From contig NC_042999.1 of NCBI RefSeq assembly GCF_006345805.1, forward strand, positions 151,652,001 to 151,716,000: DNA of 64,000 nt. Reading direction: 5' to 3'. The notes under the pieces were generated by a model that was not told the origin of the DNA, ran no database searches, and saw only the letters and a list, made by a program, of their open reading frames with translations. Within the stretch, counting starts at the first letter, position 1; each line of letters starts with the position of its first letter. The position numbers and the translations under genes were made by a program. This DNA is from Octopus sinensis. Its lineage: Eukaryota. Positions 1 through 13,165 of this stretch are shown piece after piece.

Positions 1-174
1 AGGGAGATTCAGCATGATACAGAACGTGAGAAGGCTGGCCCTTTGAAATACAGATACTACACATTTTTGTCAGCTGAGTGGACTGGAACAATACCCTGCC
101 ATATATCAAATGCATGACCTTACAATCGGGAGCTGAATATTCTAACCACAAAACCACACACGTTTACTTTAGAC

Positions 175-443
175 CAGGGCTGTGGAGTCAGTCATGGAGT
201 CATGGAGTTGGAATCAGAAACAATTAAGAGGTAGCTGGAGTCGGAGTTGGAGTCTATACTGACTCCAGCTCCAACTCACACTATCTTTATTCTTTAATAT
301 AAACCAGTTTCAAGATATAGTACTTTATGAGATATGTAGACCATAATCACTTAATTATATAAAGAGGAGTCAGAGTCAGAGGTGCCAATAGTAGAGGAGT
401 CGGAGTTGGAGTCGAAGCTTTTTGTTTTGACTCCATGGCCCTG
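175..443. mobile_element. hAT-type MITE (CAGGG...CCCTG ends, internal GGAGTC repeats)
   Basis: Ends CAGGGCTGTGGAGTC and GACTCCATGGCCCTG are imperfect inverted repeats. Flanks ctttagac / ttctagac resemble an 8-bp hAT target duplication (6/8 match). Confidence 0.7.
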
Positions 444-1689
444 TTCTAGACTATTAGAGAAACACACACTTGACATAAAACCTTAACTATTCATCATTTA
501 GGGATTACACATCTCCCTCAGATGGTAATCACAGGAATAGGGAGTTGAGGTTGAGCAAAAGGTGGTGTCATTTACATAAGGGTGTAAGGAATTAGAAATG
601 AAAGGAAGAATGTAATTGGAAATGAAATAAAATAATGCTGTTCATTTACAGAGGGATAAATTGCGGATGGATGACATAAATAGATCTTGAAGTATAGCAG
701 AGTTAATAGAATGTATGTCAGATGGGGCCCCTGTCTACATGTACTGTGATTAAACAGTCTGACAGGAAATATCTGATCAAAGAAATGAGAGTATGGAGAA
801 AGCTCAAAGGTGAGTGAATGGAAATTACTAAGTAAAACAACATTGAAGTATATTCCAACTATATTTTTGATAAATATATATTTGAAAACCTAACAATAAA
901 TGTGATCATGGTATATTTCCCCAAGAGATGCAATAAGATATTTGTACCTGGTGTATAATTCAGATTTCTTCTTGTGTGATTTAAAACATTATCAAATATT
1001 TTCACCTTGGTATTTCACCAATATGAGATAAACATAGCCACAAATGTTTGCAGTTTATTAACCAGGCAACTGATATTTTCATTATATGCAGTGTAACATT
1101 GACAGATGTTTTTTACTGGATGTAATTTTACACACTGTCTTTGGATGTGATATACCAGCAGCAGGATATGCCTGCTTTATAAGCCTGACATATGCATTCA
1201 GCTGCTTATTTATTTATTTATATTATTTATTTATTGAGGCCAGTTATAGTTAATTAAATAATATTGAATATTGTCAGTATATTATTGATTTGTATTTGAC
1301 TGACCCTGGAGAAAGGAAAGGCAAAATTAGGTCAAGCTCAGACCTGAAAGAAAAATATATAAATACTATAATACATACAGTCAATTCAGTGCTAACACAA
1401 TGTAACGTGCAAAGAAACATTAATTAATGAAAACTTCATCTGAATTGATGTGAGATAGATTCTGGATCAATGCTTAAAAATTACCTGGATAGAAAGCGGG
1501 GACAACTACATGATTATCAATTAAAATTGGAACTAGACATTTACTGAGGGAGAAAATGAAACAGAATTTTGGCAGACACCATGATAACTCTGGACAGTTT
1601 CTACCTTGTCACGCCTCCTCAGTAAAGCATAGTTTTTTTTATTGTGGTTGCAAGATCACCATGATTATATATATATCTCATATGAAACC

Positions 1690-2150
1690 ATAACCTGTGG
1701 CCTCTACCTGGGATGTAGCCAGTCCACTTATGCATACCTTTCCTTCTTGGGACACAAAACTCTACTTGTGAAGACCTGTTGAGGCAAGTGAAAATCGAAA
1801 TCGATCAACATCAATGGAAATTGTAGTTGTGATACCAGTGCCGGTGGCACGTAAGAGAACCATCCAAACGTGGCCGTTGCCAGCGCCGCCCCGACTGGCC
1901 TCCGTGCCGGTGGCACGTAAAAAGCACCATCCGATCGTGGCCATTGCCAGCCTCGTCTGGCACCTGTGCCAGTGTCACGTAAAAAGCACCCACTACACTC
2001 ATGGAGTGGTTGGCGTTAGGAAGGGCATCAAGCTGTAGAAACACTGCCAGATCAGACTGGGCCTGGTACAGCCTTCTGGCTTCCCAGACCCCAGTTGAAC
2101 CATCCAACCCATGCTAGCATGGAAAGCGGACGTTAAACGATGATGATGAT
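1690..2150 (+). mobile_element. RTE LINE 3'-UTR copy (5'-truncated retrocopy)
   Basis: Matches the 3' UTR that follows the stop codon of the RTE at 5251-8488 (ggcacgtaaaaagcacccactacactc...ggaagggcatc...catggaaa...) and ends in (GAT)n. Confidence 0.9.
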
Positions 2151-2792
2151 GTAGAGTTAGATGTACGACTACTACTGTATGAGTTTGAGCTTCACATAAA
2201 TTATAATTATCCAGTCAGCTTCAAGTATATTTGTTAGTTTATCACCTAGAACAACAGTGGTGAAACGTACATAGGAACTAAATATTCATACTGGTACTGG
2301 TGCCACATAAAAAGTACCTGTGCTACTACCACCTTATGAAATGGCACCCAGTATACACCGTAAAATGGTTGGTATCAGGAAGAGCATTCAGCTGTAGAAG
2401 CCATGCTGAAGCAGATAACTGGAGCCTAGTGCAATCCTAAAGCTTGCCAGCTTCTGCAAACCATCCCACCCTCTCCATGTCAGCATGGAAAATGGACATT
2501 AAATAAGAGTGATGATGATTTGCTTATCTTAATTTTCCATTAATTAAATATATATTCTCTCTATATCACTTGATATGTTTTCTGTTACTGTCTTTGTTTA
2601 TTTGTTTCTTTGATATTTAGTTTCCCCAGTCTCCTCATGACTCATCTGGAGACCTCATCTCTTCTTGTTATTGTATCTGTCTCACTTTTCCCTGTTCATA
2701 TTCATTATTCATATTCACTCATTTATACTCAATTAGCTTATATTGTGGATGCCATCATATTTAACATTATTATCATGTCAAAATTGTGGTTA

Positions 2793-3012
<220 letters not shown>

Positions 3013-3266
3013 TACCTACATTCCTTCTTATTCTCCCTTCTCTTTCTTTTTCTTCTTTGTCTCCTTCCTCCTCCTTCCTAACTTTACCACTATTGCTGTT
3101 TAGAATAACACCTATGCAAATTTTATAAACAAAACATTCAAATGATGTTTCAGAAATTCAACAATTACTTCAACCATCCACACTGGGTCACTTGACCATT
3201 CTACTACTATCCACAGCTGGCAGTTGACCATTTAACATACTACTGTCATGGCACTCCCGCATTCTT

Positions 3267-3297
<31 letters not shown>

Positions 3298-3344
3298 CAC
3301 CACCACTTCTTCTTTTGAGTGTGGTTGTTGCCAGTGACGATGGA

Positions 3345-3572
3345 CATGGTCATTGGCAGTACCTCCTGACTGGCCCTCATGCCAGTTGCATGTAAAAGCA
3401 CCTACTACATTCTTGGAGTGGTTGGCGTTAGGTAGAGCATCCAGCTGTAGAAACTTTGCCAGATCAGATTGGAGCTTGGTGCAGCCTTCTGGCATGCCAG
3501 TCCTCAGTCAAACCATCCAACCCATGCCAGCATGGAAAGCAGACGTTAAATGATGATGATGATGATGATGAT
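3345..3572 (+). mobile_element. Short RTE-tail retrocopy
   Basis: Same conserved 3' module and (GAT)n tail as the RTE LINE. Confidence 0.8.
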
Positions 3573-3855
3573 GTGCATCAGCATGGCTGCAGCTCCAAGC
3601 TTAAACTACAGAGGAAATATATATATATATATTTATATATATGACAAGCTTCTTTCTCTTTCACTTTCTATCTACCAAATTCACTCACAAGGCCTGAGAC
3701 TGTAGTAGAAGACACTTGCTCAAGGTGCCATGGTGTTAGACTGAACCTGGAACCATGTGATTGGGAAGCATGCTTCTTACCACACAGCCACTCCTGTGCC
3801 TATATATATTATTAAACGTCCACTCTCTATACTGGCATGGGTTATATATATACAT

Positions 3856-3896
<41 letters not shown>

Positions 3897-5206
3897 TATA
3901 TAAAGATAAATTAATTTTATATAAATAATTATAAAAACTATAAAAGTCAACAAATTTTTACAATCCAACTGTCCCTCTTTCACACGGAATTTCTTCTTTT
4001 CTGAACCAAATACCCTGAAGTGTATATATATATATATATATATACATATAATGGAACTGTGATTATGTATATCAGAAAAAAAAATATATATAAGTTGAAA
4101 CAATTTGTTGGCTTTTTATGGTTTTTATAATTCTTTATATAATATTTTGTTATGTTATGTTATATATTATATTCATAGTATTTAATGTAATATTGTAATA
4201 TAAATAAATTATTTGATTGTCAATAGAATATATCTATATTTAATTTATCTTTATAATTGAATTATACCAATATTTATATAGTATCCAACTGAAGTACCAG
4301 TAAATTGGATGGTTTAACACACCCCTTTGAAGGGTATCTTTTCCTCGGTTTGTTACTTTATACACACACAAACACACACATATATATATATATATATATA
4401 CATATATATATACATGCATATATATATATATATATATTTTCTTTCTCTCCCATTCCCTTTTTCGTCTTTTTTTCCCTCACTTTACTTGTCTCTTCCTCTC
4501 TCTCTCATTCTTCATTCTCTCTCTCCCTTTCACCATTCTTCATGGTCTCCTCGCACCATTCCCCTTCTTCTCTCTCTCTTCCTCTTGCTCCTCCTCCCCC
4601 ATTCCCGTCATCCATCTGCGACGATACTTCCGTCGTAACTGCTATCCTGTCTTTTCTCTCCCGCCTTGCAAGGCTTCTGGTTGACAAAATTTCCCTCTCT
4701 GTCTCCACGATAATCCAGCGTTTACAATACTTTTTTCGTCTGGCGTTAACAGCCCTTCTTATCTTGTTCTCCTTGTCTTGTCTCTCACTGTTATATATTT
4801 ATTTTTCCACTGTTTATATATATATTTTTTACTGTTTATATGTTTGTACTGTCGTTACCGTCTTGCTTTTTTTTTTACCCCTCTGCGAAAAGATCTCAGA
4901 ATTTTAATTGATTTGCTTTTCGCGGGAAGGAATTTTTCTTCGAAGTATACGTCTCGCTTTTATCCTTCGAAACGTTTAGTAGATGAAATCTTAGCGACTG
5001 AAGAAGGGGATTTTTCGTTGTGCTTATTGTCCTGTATCTCTCCCTTTTTTTTGCTTGTCTTGTTCCTTGGTTTGTGTCTATGTGTTTCGTCTCTCTATGT
5101 GTTCGACGTCTTTTTGGTGTCCTGTACACATATATGCGTGTATATGTACATGTAGAGGTAGGTACGTACATATATGTTTATATATATGCATATATTCTAT
5201 TTTATT

Positions 5207-5250
<44 letters not shown>

Positions 5251-7883
5251 GAGACCTTATCTTTGTGGCTGGTGACTTCAATGGTCACGTTGGACGACAT
5301 GCTGGGGGCTTCCATGGCGTACATGGAGGCTATGGCTATGGCTCCCGCAACGAGGAGGGAACCAGGCTGCTGGAGTTCTGCGATGCAAATAATCTTATGA
5401 TTTGCAACACTAACTTCAGGAAACCTACCAGCCACCTAGTCACTTACCAATCGGGCCAACATACCAGCCAAATTGACTACATCCTTACAAGGCAAAGGGA
5501 GAGATGGCTGCTTATAAATGCCAAAACCTTCCCAGGTGAAGAATGTACCCCACAACATAGACTGGTAGTTAGTGACTTTAGGATCAGGACTAGGAGGACA
5601 ACCAGAAGACGACAAATATGGAGAAGAAGGATCTGGAAGCTTAAAGATCCTGCAAATGGACAGAGATTTAGGGACATATTACTTGAAGCCTCTGACGAAG
5701 TAGAAGGGGATAGAGCATCACAGGGGGTAGAAGACAGCTGGACGTTTCTAAGGGACAACCTGCTGAGAGCCACTGACCAGATCTGTGGCTGGTGCAAAGT
5801 CCCCTCTCGACCTAGAATAACGTGGTGGTGGAACAATATTGTAGACAGGGCTATTAGAGAAAAGAGACAGGCTTGGAAGGTCTGGAAAAATGGGGGTAGC
5901 AGGGAATTGTATCAGACTGCCAAAAGAGAAGCTAGGAGACAGGTTTATTTAGCCAGAGGGGAAGCAGATAAGAAAAAATTTGCCAATGTTCTGCGCCGTG
6001 AGGACCAAAGACTGGAGGTGTTTCGTGTTGCAAGACAGTGTTTGAGAGAGAATCGTGATGTGGTAGGAGAGAAGTGTGTTCGCATGGAAGATGGTTCACT
6101 TGCGCTAAATGAGGATGCGAAGAGAGAGGTTTGGAGATGCCACTATGAAAGGTTGCTGAATGAAGAAAATGAATGGGATAAAGAGAGTCTGCCGAATGTT
6201 GACCCAACAGAGGGACCAGCTATCCGAGTTGATAGTTCTGTGGTAGCTAAGGCAATTAGAAGCATGAAGACAGGGAAAGCCCCAGGCCCATCAGGAATCA
6301 CTGCAGAGATGCTCAAAATGTCTGGTAGTGTCGGCTATAGCCTAGTCACCCATATAGTTAATCAGGTGATACACAAAGGGGTCATACCCAATGACTGGTG
6401 TAGCAGTATAATAGTCAACTGCTACAAAGGTAAAGGTGATGCCCTAGATACAAATAACTACAGAGGTATCAAGCTGTTGGACCAGGTGATGAAGGTTACG
6501 GAGAGGGTCATAGCCCAACTAATTAGAGAGAGAGTTAGTTTAGATGAGATGCAGTTTGGGTTTGTGCCAGGGAAAAGTACTACTGATGCTATATTCCTGG
6601 TAAGGCAGCTGCAGGAGAAATACCTAGCCAAAGATAAGCCCCTGTACCTGGCTTTTGTTGACATGGAGAAAGCCTTCGACAGGGTCCCCCGATCCCTTAT
6701 CTGGTGGGCAATGAGAAAACTAGGGATAGATGAATGGTTAGTGAGAGCTGTGCGGGCCATGTATAGGGACGCCGCTAGTAGGGTGAGGGTTGGAAATGAG
6801 TACAGTGAAGAATTCCGGGTAGAGGTAGGGGTCCACCAAGGCTCAGTACTCAGCCCCCTCCTATTTATCATAGTCCTCCAGGCAATAACGGAGGAATTCA
6901 AGACAGGATGCCCTTGGGAGCTCCTCTATGCTGATGACCTTGCTCTAATTGCTGAGTCGCTATCAGAACTGGAGGAGAAGTTTCAGGTGTGGAAACAAGG
7001 ATTAGAATCGAAGGGCCTCAGAGTCAATCTAGCTAAAACCAAAGTCGTAATCAGTAGGAAGGTAGACAAATCACAAACACCTTCAGGTAGATGGCCCTGC
7101 TCGATCTGTAGAAAAGGTGTAGGTAGAAACTCTATAAGATGCACCAAGTGTAAGCTATGGACACATAAGAGATGCAGCAATGTCAAAGGAAGGCTAACTA
7201 GGAAGATGGTTTTTGTATGTGGCAGATGCTCAGGAACAATAAACACTGAAAATGCTCTGAGACCAACTTCCGTCACTTTCCAGGGAGAAAAACTAGAAAT
7301 AGTTGATAGTTTCCGTTACCTAGGTGACCAAGTCAGCAGCGGGGGTGGGTGTGCTGAAAGTGTAACTGCTAGAGTAAGAATAGCTTGGGCAAAGTTCAGA
7401 GAGCTCTTACCTCTGCTGGTGACAAAAGGCCTCTCGCACAGAGTGAAAGGCAGACTGTATGATGCGTGTGTACGAACAGCCATGCTACATGGCAGTGAAA
7501 CATGGGCCGTGACTGCTGAGGATATGCGTAAGCTCGCTAGAAATGAAGCCAGTATGCTCCGATGGATGTGTAATGCCGGTACTCACACTCGGCAGAGTGT
7601 AAGTACCTTGAGAGAAAAGCTGGACCTAAGAAGCATCAGTTGTGGTGTGCAAGAGAGACGTTTGCGCTGGTATGGTCATGTGGCGAGAATGGATGAAGAT
7701 AGTTGTGTGAAAAAGTGCCACACCCTAGCGGTTGAGGGAACCTGTGGAAGAGGCAGACCCAGGAAAACCTGGGACGAGGTGGTGAAGCACGACCTTCGAA
7801 CTTTAGGTCTCACTGAGGAAATGACTAGAGACCGAGACCTCTGGAAGTGTGCTGTGCGCGAGAAGACCCGGCAGGACAAGTGA
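5251..7883 (+). CDS. RTE ORF: partial APE endonuclease + reverse transcriptase with inserted PHD-like finger
   Basis: ORF track 5055..7883. Homology to RTE begins at about 5251; the upstream part of the ORF is flank and microsatellite. Confidence 0.93.
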
Positions 7884-8488
7884 GTCCACAACCCGTGGCC
7901 TTCTACATGGGATGGAGCCAGCCTACGTATGCATACCTTCCCTCTTGGGACACAAAACTCTACTTGTGAAGACGTGTTGAGGCAAGTGAGGATCAGAATC
8001 GAAATCGATCAATGGAAATTGCGGATGTGCTACCAGTGCCGGTGGCATGTCGAAACTCTGCTTGTGAAGACCCATTGAGGCAAGTGAGGATCAGAATCGA
8101 AATCGATCAATCGATCAATGGAAATTGCAGATGTGTTACCAGTGCCGGTGGCATGTAAGAGAACTTTCCGTTTCGCGACCGTTGCCAGCACCGCCCCGTT
8201 TCGTGTCCGTTGCTAGCCTCGCCTGGCCCTCGTGCCGGTGGCACATAAAAAGCACCATCCGTTCGTGGCCGTTTGCCAGCTCTGTCTGGCACCAGTGCGG
8301 GTGGCACGTAAAAAGCACCCACTACACTCACGGAGTGGTTGGCGTTAGGAAGGGCATCCAGCCGTAGAAACACTGCCAGATTTGACTGGGCCTGATGAAG
8401 CCTTCTGGCTTCACAGACCCCAGTAGAACCGTCCAACCCATGCTAGCATGGAAAACGGACGCTAAATGATGATGATGATGATGATGAT
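5251..8488 (+). mobile_element. RTE-clade non-LTR retrotransposon, 5'-truncated, young
   Basis: Uninterrupted ORF with the C-terminal half of an APE endonuclease (GDFNG, IDYIL, HRLV) and an RT ([36 protein letters not shown]). Followed by a ~580-bp 3' UTR and a (GAT)n tail. Begins abruptly after a (TA)n run. Confidence 0.97.
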
Positions 8489-8499
8489 ATCATTAGCTC

Positions 8500-8682
8500 C
8501 TACACGCATTTTTTTCTCTCCTTGTTTCTCTCCTTGTTTTTTTCTGTGTATCTTTCTGTTGAAGAGTGTAGGCTCAAAACGTAAAAGACATTTTGTATTC
8601 CTGAGCGCTATACTAATACATTTGTTTGTTTGTACTCCACCTGCCTTCATCTTTTGTTTATTTTCGTAAACTTTCCCTTTAT
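8500..8682 (+). mobile_element. Penelope-like element terminal (pLTR) fragment with hammerhead-like motif
   Basis: Same family as 32405-32560, 39460-39670, 43868-44716 and 47945-48122. The 43.9-44.7 kb copy is linked to a GIY-YIG C-terminal motif. Confidence 0.7.
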
Positions 8683-9928
8683 ATATATATATATATATAT
8701 ATGATGGCATAGGTTACATATATACATATATATATGTAAATATGAATGAAATGCTGCAAAACATTTTGCCCAGGAATGCTAACAATTCTGCCAGCTCACT
8801 GCCTTATTACAAGATGATATTGTCATAATGACTTTGATATACATAAGTTATGATTATATAACATAATGATTGTGGGAAATTTACTCAAGAGTGTCATCCA
8901 CATGGAAAATTAACAAAGTATATGCTAACACATTTTATGAGGTAAACCTGAAAAACTTAATTAATCAATCCTAAGTAACATAATCAGAGATAAATAGTAG
9001 ATCATTGCTTATCTCTATTGTAATGCTTCAGTTGAAATATACTGGCTTTGTTTTAATTAATTTTGAAAAATAATGAAGAATTTAGTAAAATAAATTCGTC
9101 TTCATTAAGCTGGTTTTTGGAGCATTATCATAAAATATTGATGGCAGGTTTTAATTTATTTAGATTACTTTAAGACTGGAAGTTTGCATCACAGAAACAG
9201 GTGCGCTTTCGGGTGGGTTTTGTATTGAAAGTGTTCAGGCAAGACTAATACCTCAGATTTCAGATAGCAAAATCTCGGGAAAATGGGAAAGGATATGCCT
9301 CTGGGTGTTATTAGACTGTACAAAACTGCAAATATTTCACTAGAATGTGGCTATTATCCTTGTGTAGTTGGGCATTGTTGTAAAATCAACAATTTCCAGC
9401 GTTTTTTACATTTTTCTCAAAATGACATTTCTCACTACGAGTAGCAGTTTTTAGGTCATGATATCTCCGAGAATAATTGGCTGAAATTTTGCATGTGTAT
9501 TACTTTGATACTTGCCTAGATGCTGATTTAGTGTGATTAGATACACTTCATTTGTTCATCTTCCAGAGACACTTGGATGCTACTACCAAGGGGTCAAAAA
9601 TGCTTGAACTGCTGCATATGTTTATGAGCGACCCCACAACGAAATCTAGGCCAACTTCATCAATGTCTTTGATTCAGCATCTAGTCTGTACTCCAAACTG
9701 TTGTCATTCCAAGTTAGAGCATATAACTTTGATAGTTTGGTAGTGTAATTGACCTGAAATAAGGGTGTGTTTGCCTTGTAAGTCATTTTGAATTTATAAT
9801 TAAGTGATGAGTAGATAATGAGAAAATTTGTATATTATGTTTTTTGATAGACTAACATTGTTCTTGATGTATGTCATTATTCCCGCTGAGTGAAAGCATC
9901 TTCAATTTAGGAGTGTTTTTCTATGTTT

Positions 9929-10337
9929 GATCTTTTCGGTTTGAACGGCAGTTTTTAACATAATTTCTAGGTAACTGAAAAATTTAAAACTTCGTATACT
10001 GGTAGAATGTGTTTATAACACATCTTTTTCTCTTGGCTTTATTGAGAAAATTCTATAGTTTGTAAGATATTTGTTTTTTCTTCAATTTCTGCAATTTCAA
10101 CTAATCACTGATGTCTATTGAGGTAAAAAACATTCTGTGCCATATGAATATGTCTCTCGTTTAAGAAACAGATTAGGTTTATTTACATTTGTGAAGAAAA
10201 AAAGATACCCTTCTCCCACCCCTAATCCTAACCCTAAAACAGATTGAAATGCAATAGATCGATACTAGGGTCATAATTATGAGTGACAATTTCATATGAC
10301 ACTGCTAGAAAAAACTGCCGTTCAAACCGAAAAGATC
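9929..10337. mobile_element. MITE with 28-bp terminal inverted repeats
   Basis: GATCTTTTCGGTTTGAACGGCAGTTTTT at 9929 is the exact reverse complement of AAAAACTGCCGTTCAAACCGAAAAGATC ending at 10337. Confidence 0.85.
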
Positions 10338-10924
10338 CCCTATGTCTGAGATGTTAGTCTTGCCTTAAATCTATTCAAGACAGACAAGGAAAACAACTCT
10401 AAATCTGAAAAGGGAAGAAGTCAAACAAGATTATTACATTGATACCAATCAATTAATTTATATTGGAAATAAACAAGAAGTAAGGGTTAGGGTTAGGGTT
10501 GCAGGGAAAATTACTTTGATTTTTAGTTTAGTTGTCTAATATCTTGACCAATGTTTAATTGTTCAAAACTTTATATAATATCGTAGCAACAGATGTTTCT
10601 TTTTCTTTCTCATGTGACATAATTGTAACAGATGTTGTAATTAAAATTAACCATAGCTTGCATGATTGTTTAACACTTTACAAGGATTATAAATATTCTT
10701 ATGAATACAGCCTTGTCTGACTATCTTTACTTTTTTTTTTACTTTTTATTTTAATTTTTCATTTTGTTTTTAAAAGTACCAGGTGGGTGAGTTAGGGGTG
10801 TTATAACAGGGAAGTTAGTTCAATCTGTTAATGCATTTTGTGCAAAAGAGGGTCATATGGTGCAAAAATAAGATAAATCATGTTTGTATACTGATTTGTC
10901 AACCTATATATTCAGTATGAAAAA

Positions 10925-11275
10925 ACCATGATGTTGATGATGGTGGTGGTGGTGGTGGTGGCAGAAACTGCAGCAGTGATGGTGAGAGTGATGATAATGA
11001 TGATGACAATGATGATGATGGTAATGATGATGATGGTAGCAATGGTGAGGGGTGAGAATGGTGATGTTGATGATGGTGGTGGTGGTGGTGGTGGCAGAAA
11101 CTGCAGCAGTGATGGTGAGAGTGATGATAATGATGATGACAATGATGATGATGGTAATGATGATGATGGTAGCAATGGTGAGGGGTGAGAATGGTGATGT
11201 TGATGATGGTGGTGGTAGCAGCGATGGTGGCTCCACCAGTGGTGGTAGTGGTGATGAAAACACTGACAATTATGA
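10925..11275. repeat. (GAT/GGT)n-rich low-complexity block with ~133-bp tandem duplication
   Basis: GCAGAAACTGCAGCAGTGATGGTGAGAGTG occurs at about 10961 and 11094 with matching downstream text. Confidence 0.85.
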
Positions 11276-11994
11276 ATAAGTTTCTCTCTTAGAACCGGTC
11301 AACATGGTGGATGTATCTTGTCTTTTCTATTTGCAGATTACTGTGGACAATTCCAATTGTCTCCTGTATTTCATCAGACAGAGTTTCTAAGTTCCTAATC
11401 TTCACAGCTGTGTACAATTGGTAGGTTTTGTTAGATAGCTTTTACTGATAACGATGGAAAGTCATTAAGTTAAGTGCTGTGGTAATTTCTCCGTTCCCAC
11501 ACCTAGCTCAGGCTCCAGCTCTCATTCTATACATGGATAAAAGGATGTAACTTAATATCATCCTCTAGAACCCACATTGAGCTTTACAAACATTAATGAT
11601 TATTTAGTTTACATTTTTATATATTTCTTTTTTCTCATTTCTCTTTGGCCATTGTTGTTGTTGGCATTGTGGTCATCACCATCATCGCCTTCATCATTGT
11701 CATCATTGCCATCCATGTCACCCACATCATCATCACCATCTTCACCATCATCATCATCATCATCATCACCGTTATCAGTGTCATCATTATTACCATCATT
11801 GACACTGTTGCCATCATCATTAGAATCACCATCATCAGTGGTGCAGTGGGAGAGGGCTTGAATCTACATAGTTACAAAAATATCCCTATACACACAGCCA
11901 TACTTACGTCTACACAGCCAAGCCTGTACCTACATAGCCATACTATATGTGCGTGTGTATGTGTGTGTGTGTTTAGTATTCCAAATGTGGTTCA

Positions 11995-12262
11995 TGTACC
12001 CATGTTGGTGCCATGTAAAAAGAACCCATGCCATGCCACAAAAAGGCTTCTGTGCTGGTGCCATGTAAAAAGCACCCATGCCGGTGCCATATGTAAAAAG
12101 CACCTGGTAGACTCTGTAAAGAGGTTGGTATTAGGAAGGGTGTCTAGTCACAGATACCTTGCCAAAACAGACAGTTGGAACCTGGTGCAGCTTTCTGGCT
12201 GGCCAGCTCCTGTCAAACTGTCCAACTGATGCCAGCAGGGAAAATGGATGTTAAATGACGAA
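11995..12262 (+). mobile_element. Older RTE-tail retrocopy
   Basis: Repeated gtgccatgtaaaaagcac modules followed by the conserved 3' module. Confidence 0.7.
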
Positions 12263-13165
12263 GACAAAGATGATGCTGCCAATGTCAATGAGGATAGGGA
12301 TGATGACGACGATGACTATCACTAGTTTCCTTGGATCCTGTTGTTTATTTCAGTACATAAATCATGCTACCATTTAATTTGATAAAATATTATAGTTCAG
12401 CCATCATCGACTTTTGTAGTGCAGTGTAGCTTAGTAAGGTTTAGTGAGGTTTATTGTAGAAAGTTCATTGTATCTTTGTAAGGTTTATTGTAGAAAGTTC
12501 ATAGTGAATGTCAGGTTTTGCTTCAAGACTACAATTGATTCCAGTGTTCCAATATTGGCTATTTGAATTATTTGCCTTTAAGTACAACACAGAATGGCCA
12601 ACTATTGTAGTTTAGTTATCCCTAGTCATCTCTGCTTGAGCAGTTCTGATAGCTTGATTCATTGATTCGAAACACTGGATCAGTTACATACACTTTTGTC
12701 ACTGTATTTTCAGTTGTGGAGAAAATATTGAAGCACTAACAGCATGTTGCATTCAGTTTACTTTTTATAGATAGTTTTTTAATGTCTAATGTTTTTGTAT
12801 TGACTGCATTAGAGAAAGTAAAATAGATATCTAATCTTTGTAAAACATATTGAATTCACTTATCAGAGATTGGTAACCTCACTTAGTATTGCAAAAGTGA
12901 GAGGATGTGACGTCAGATACACATTACACATCAGATACAGTGTACTGCAACTTTTTTACACCTGTGGTATACTTATATTCTTTTCAAAATTTGGCGGCAT
13001 ACTTGAACGAAAAATATAGCTAAAAGTATAGGAGAAAAAGTTACAGTATTTTAACACATAAGGAACCCTTTTTTATCAGTCTCTTTCACTGAACTGCTAG
13101 GTTACAGGGATGTAAACACCAACACTGGTTGTCAAGCAACAGTGAGGGGAGCAAACATATACATA

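Noticed and set aside
650-815. AAG|GTGAGT donor at 810 with an upstream TTTACAG acceptor as a coding exon
   Set aside because: The frame I translated hits an early stop and there is no other support.
5055-5250. N-terminal 65 codons of the 942-aa ORF as part of the LINE protein
   Set aside because: This is flanking DNA and (TA)n. RTE homology starts at about 5251.
8393-8402. CTGATGA in the RTE tail as a hammerhead core
   Set aside because: Other copies read CTGGTGCA here, and there is no GAAA or helix set downstream.
9552-9743. 63-aa ORF as a gene
   Set aside because: Short, TTG start, no recognisable motif and a weak donor.
10484-10500. (GGGTTA)3 as a telomere or interstitial telomeric array
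   Set aside because: Only three units, next to a MITE that carries similar hexamers.
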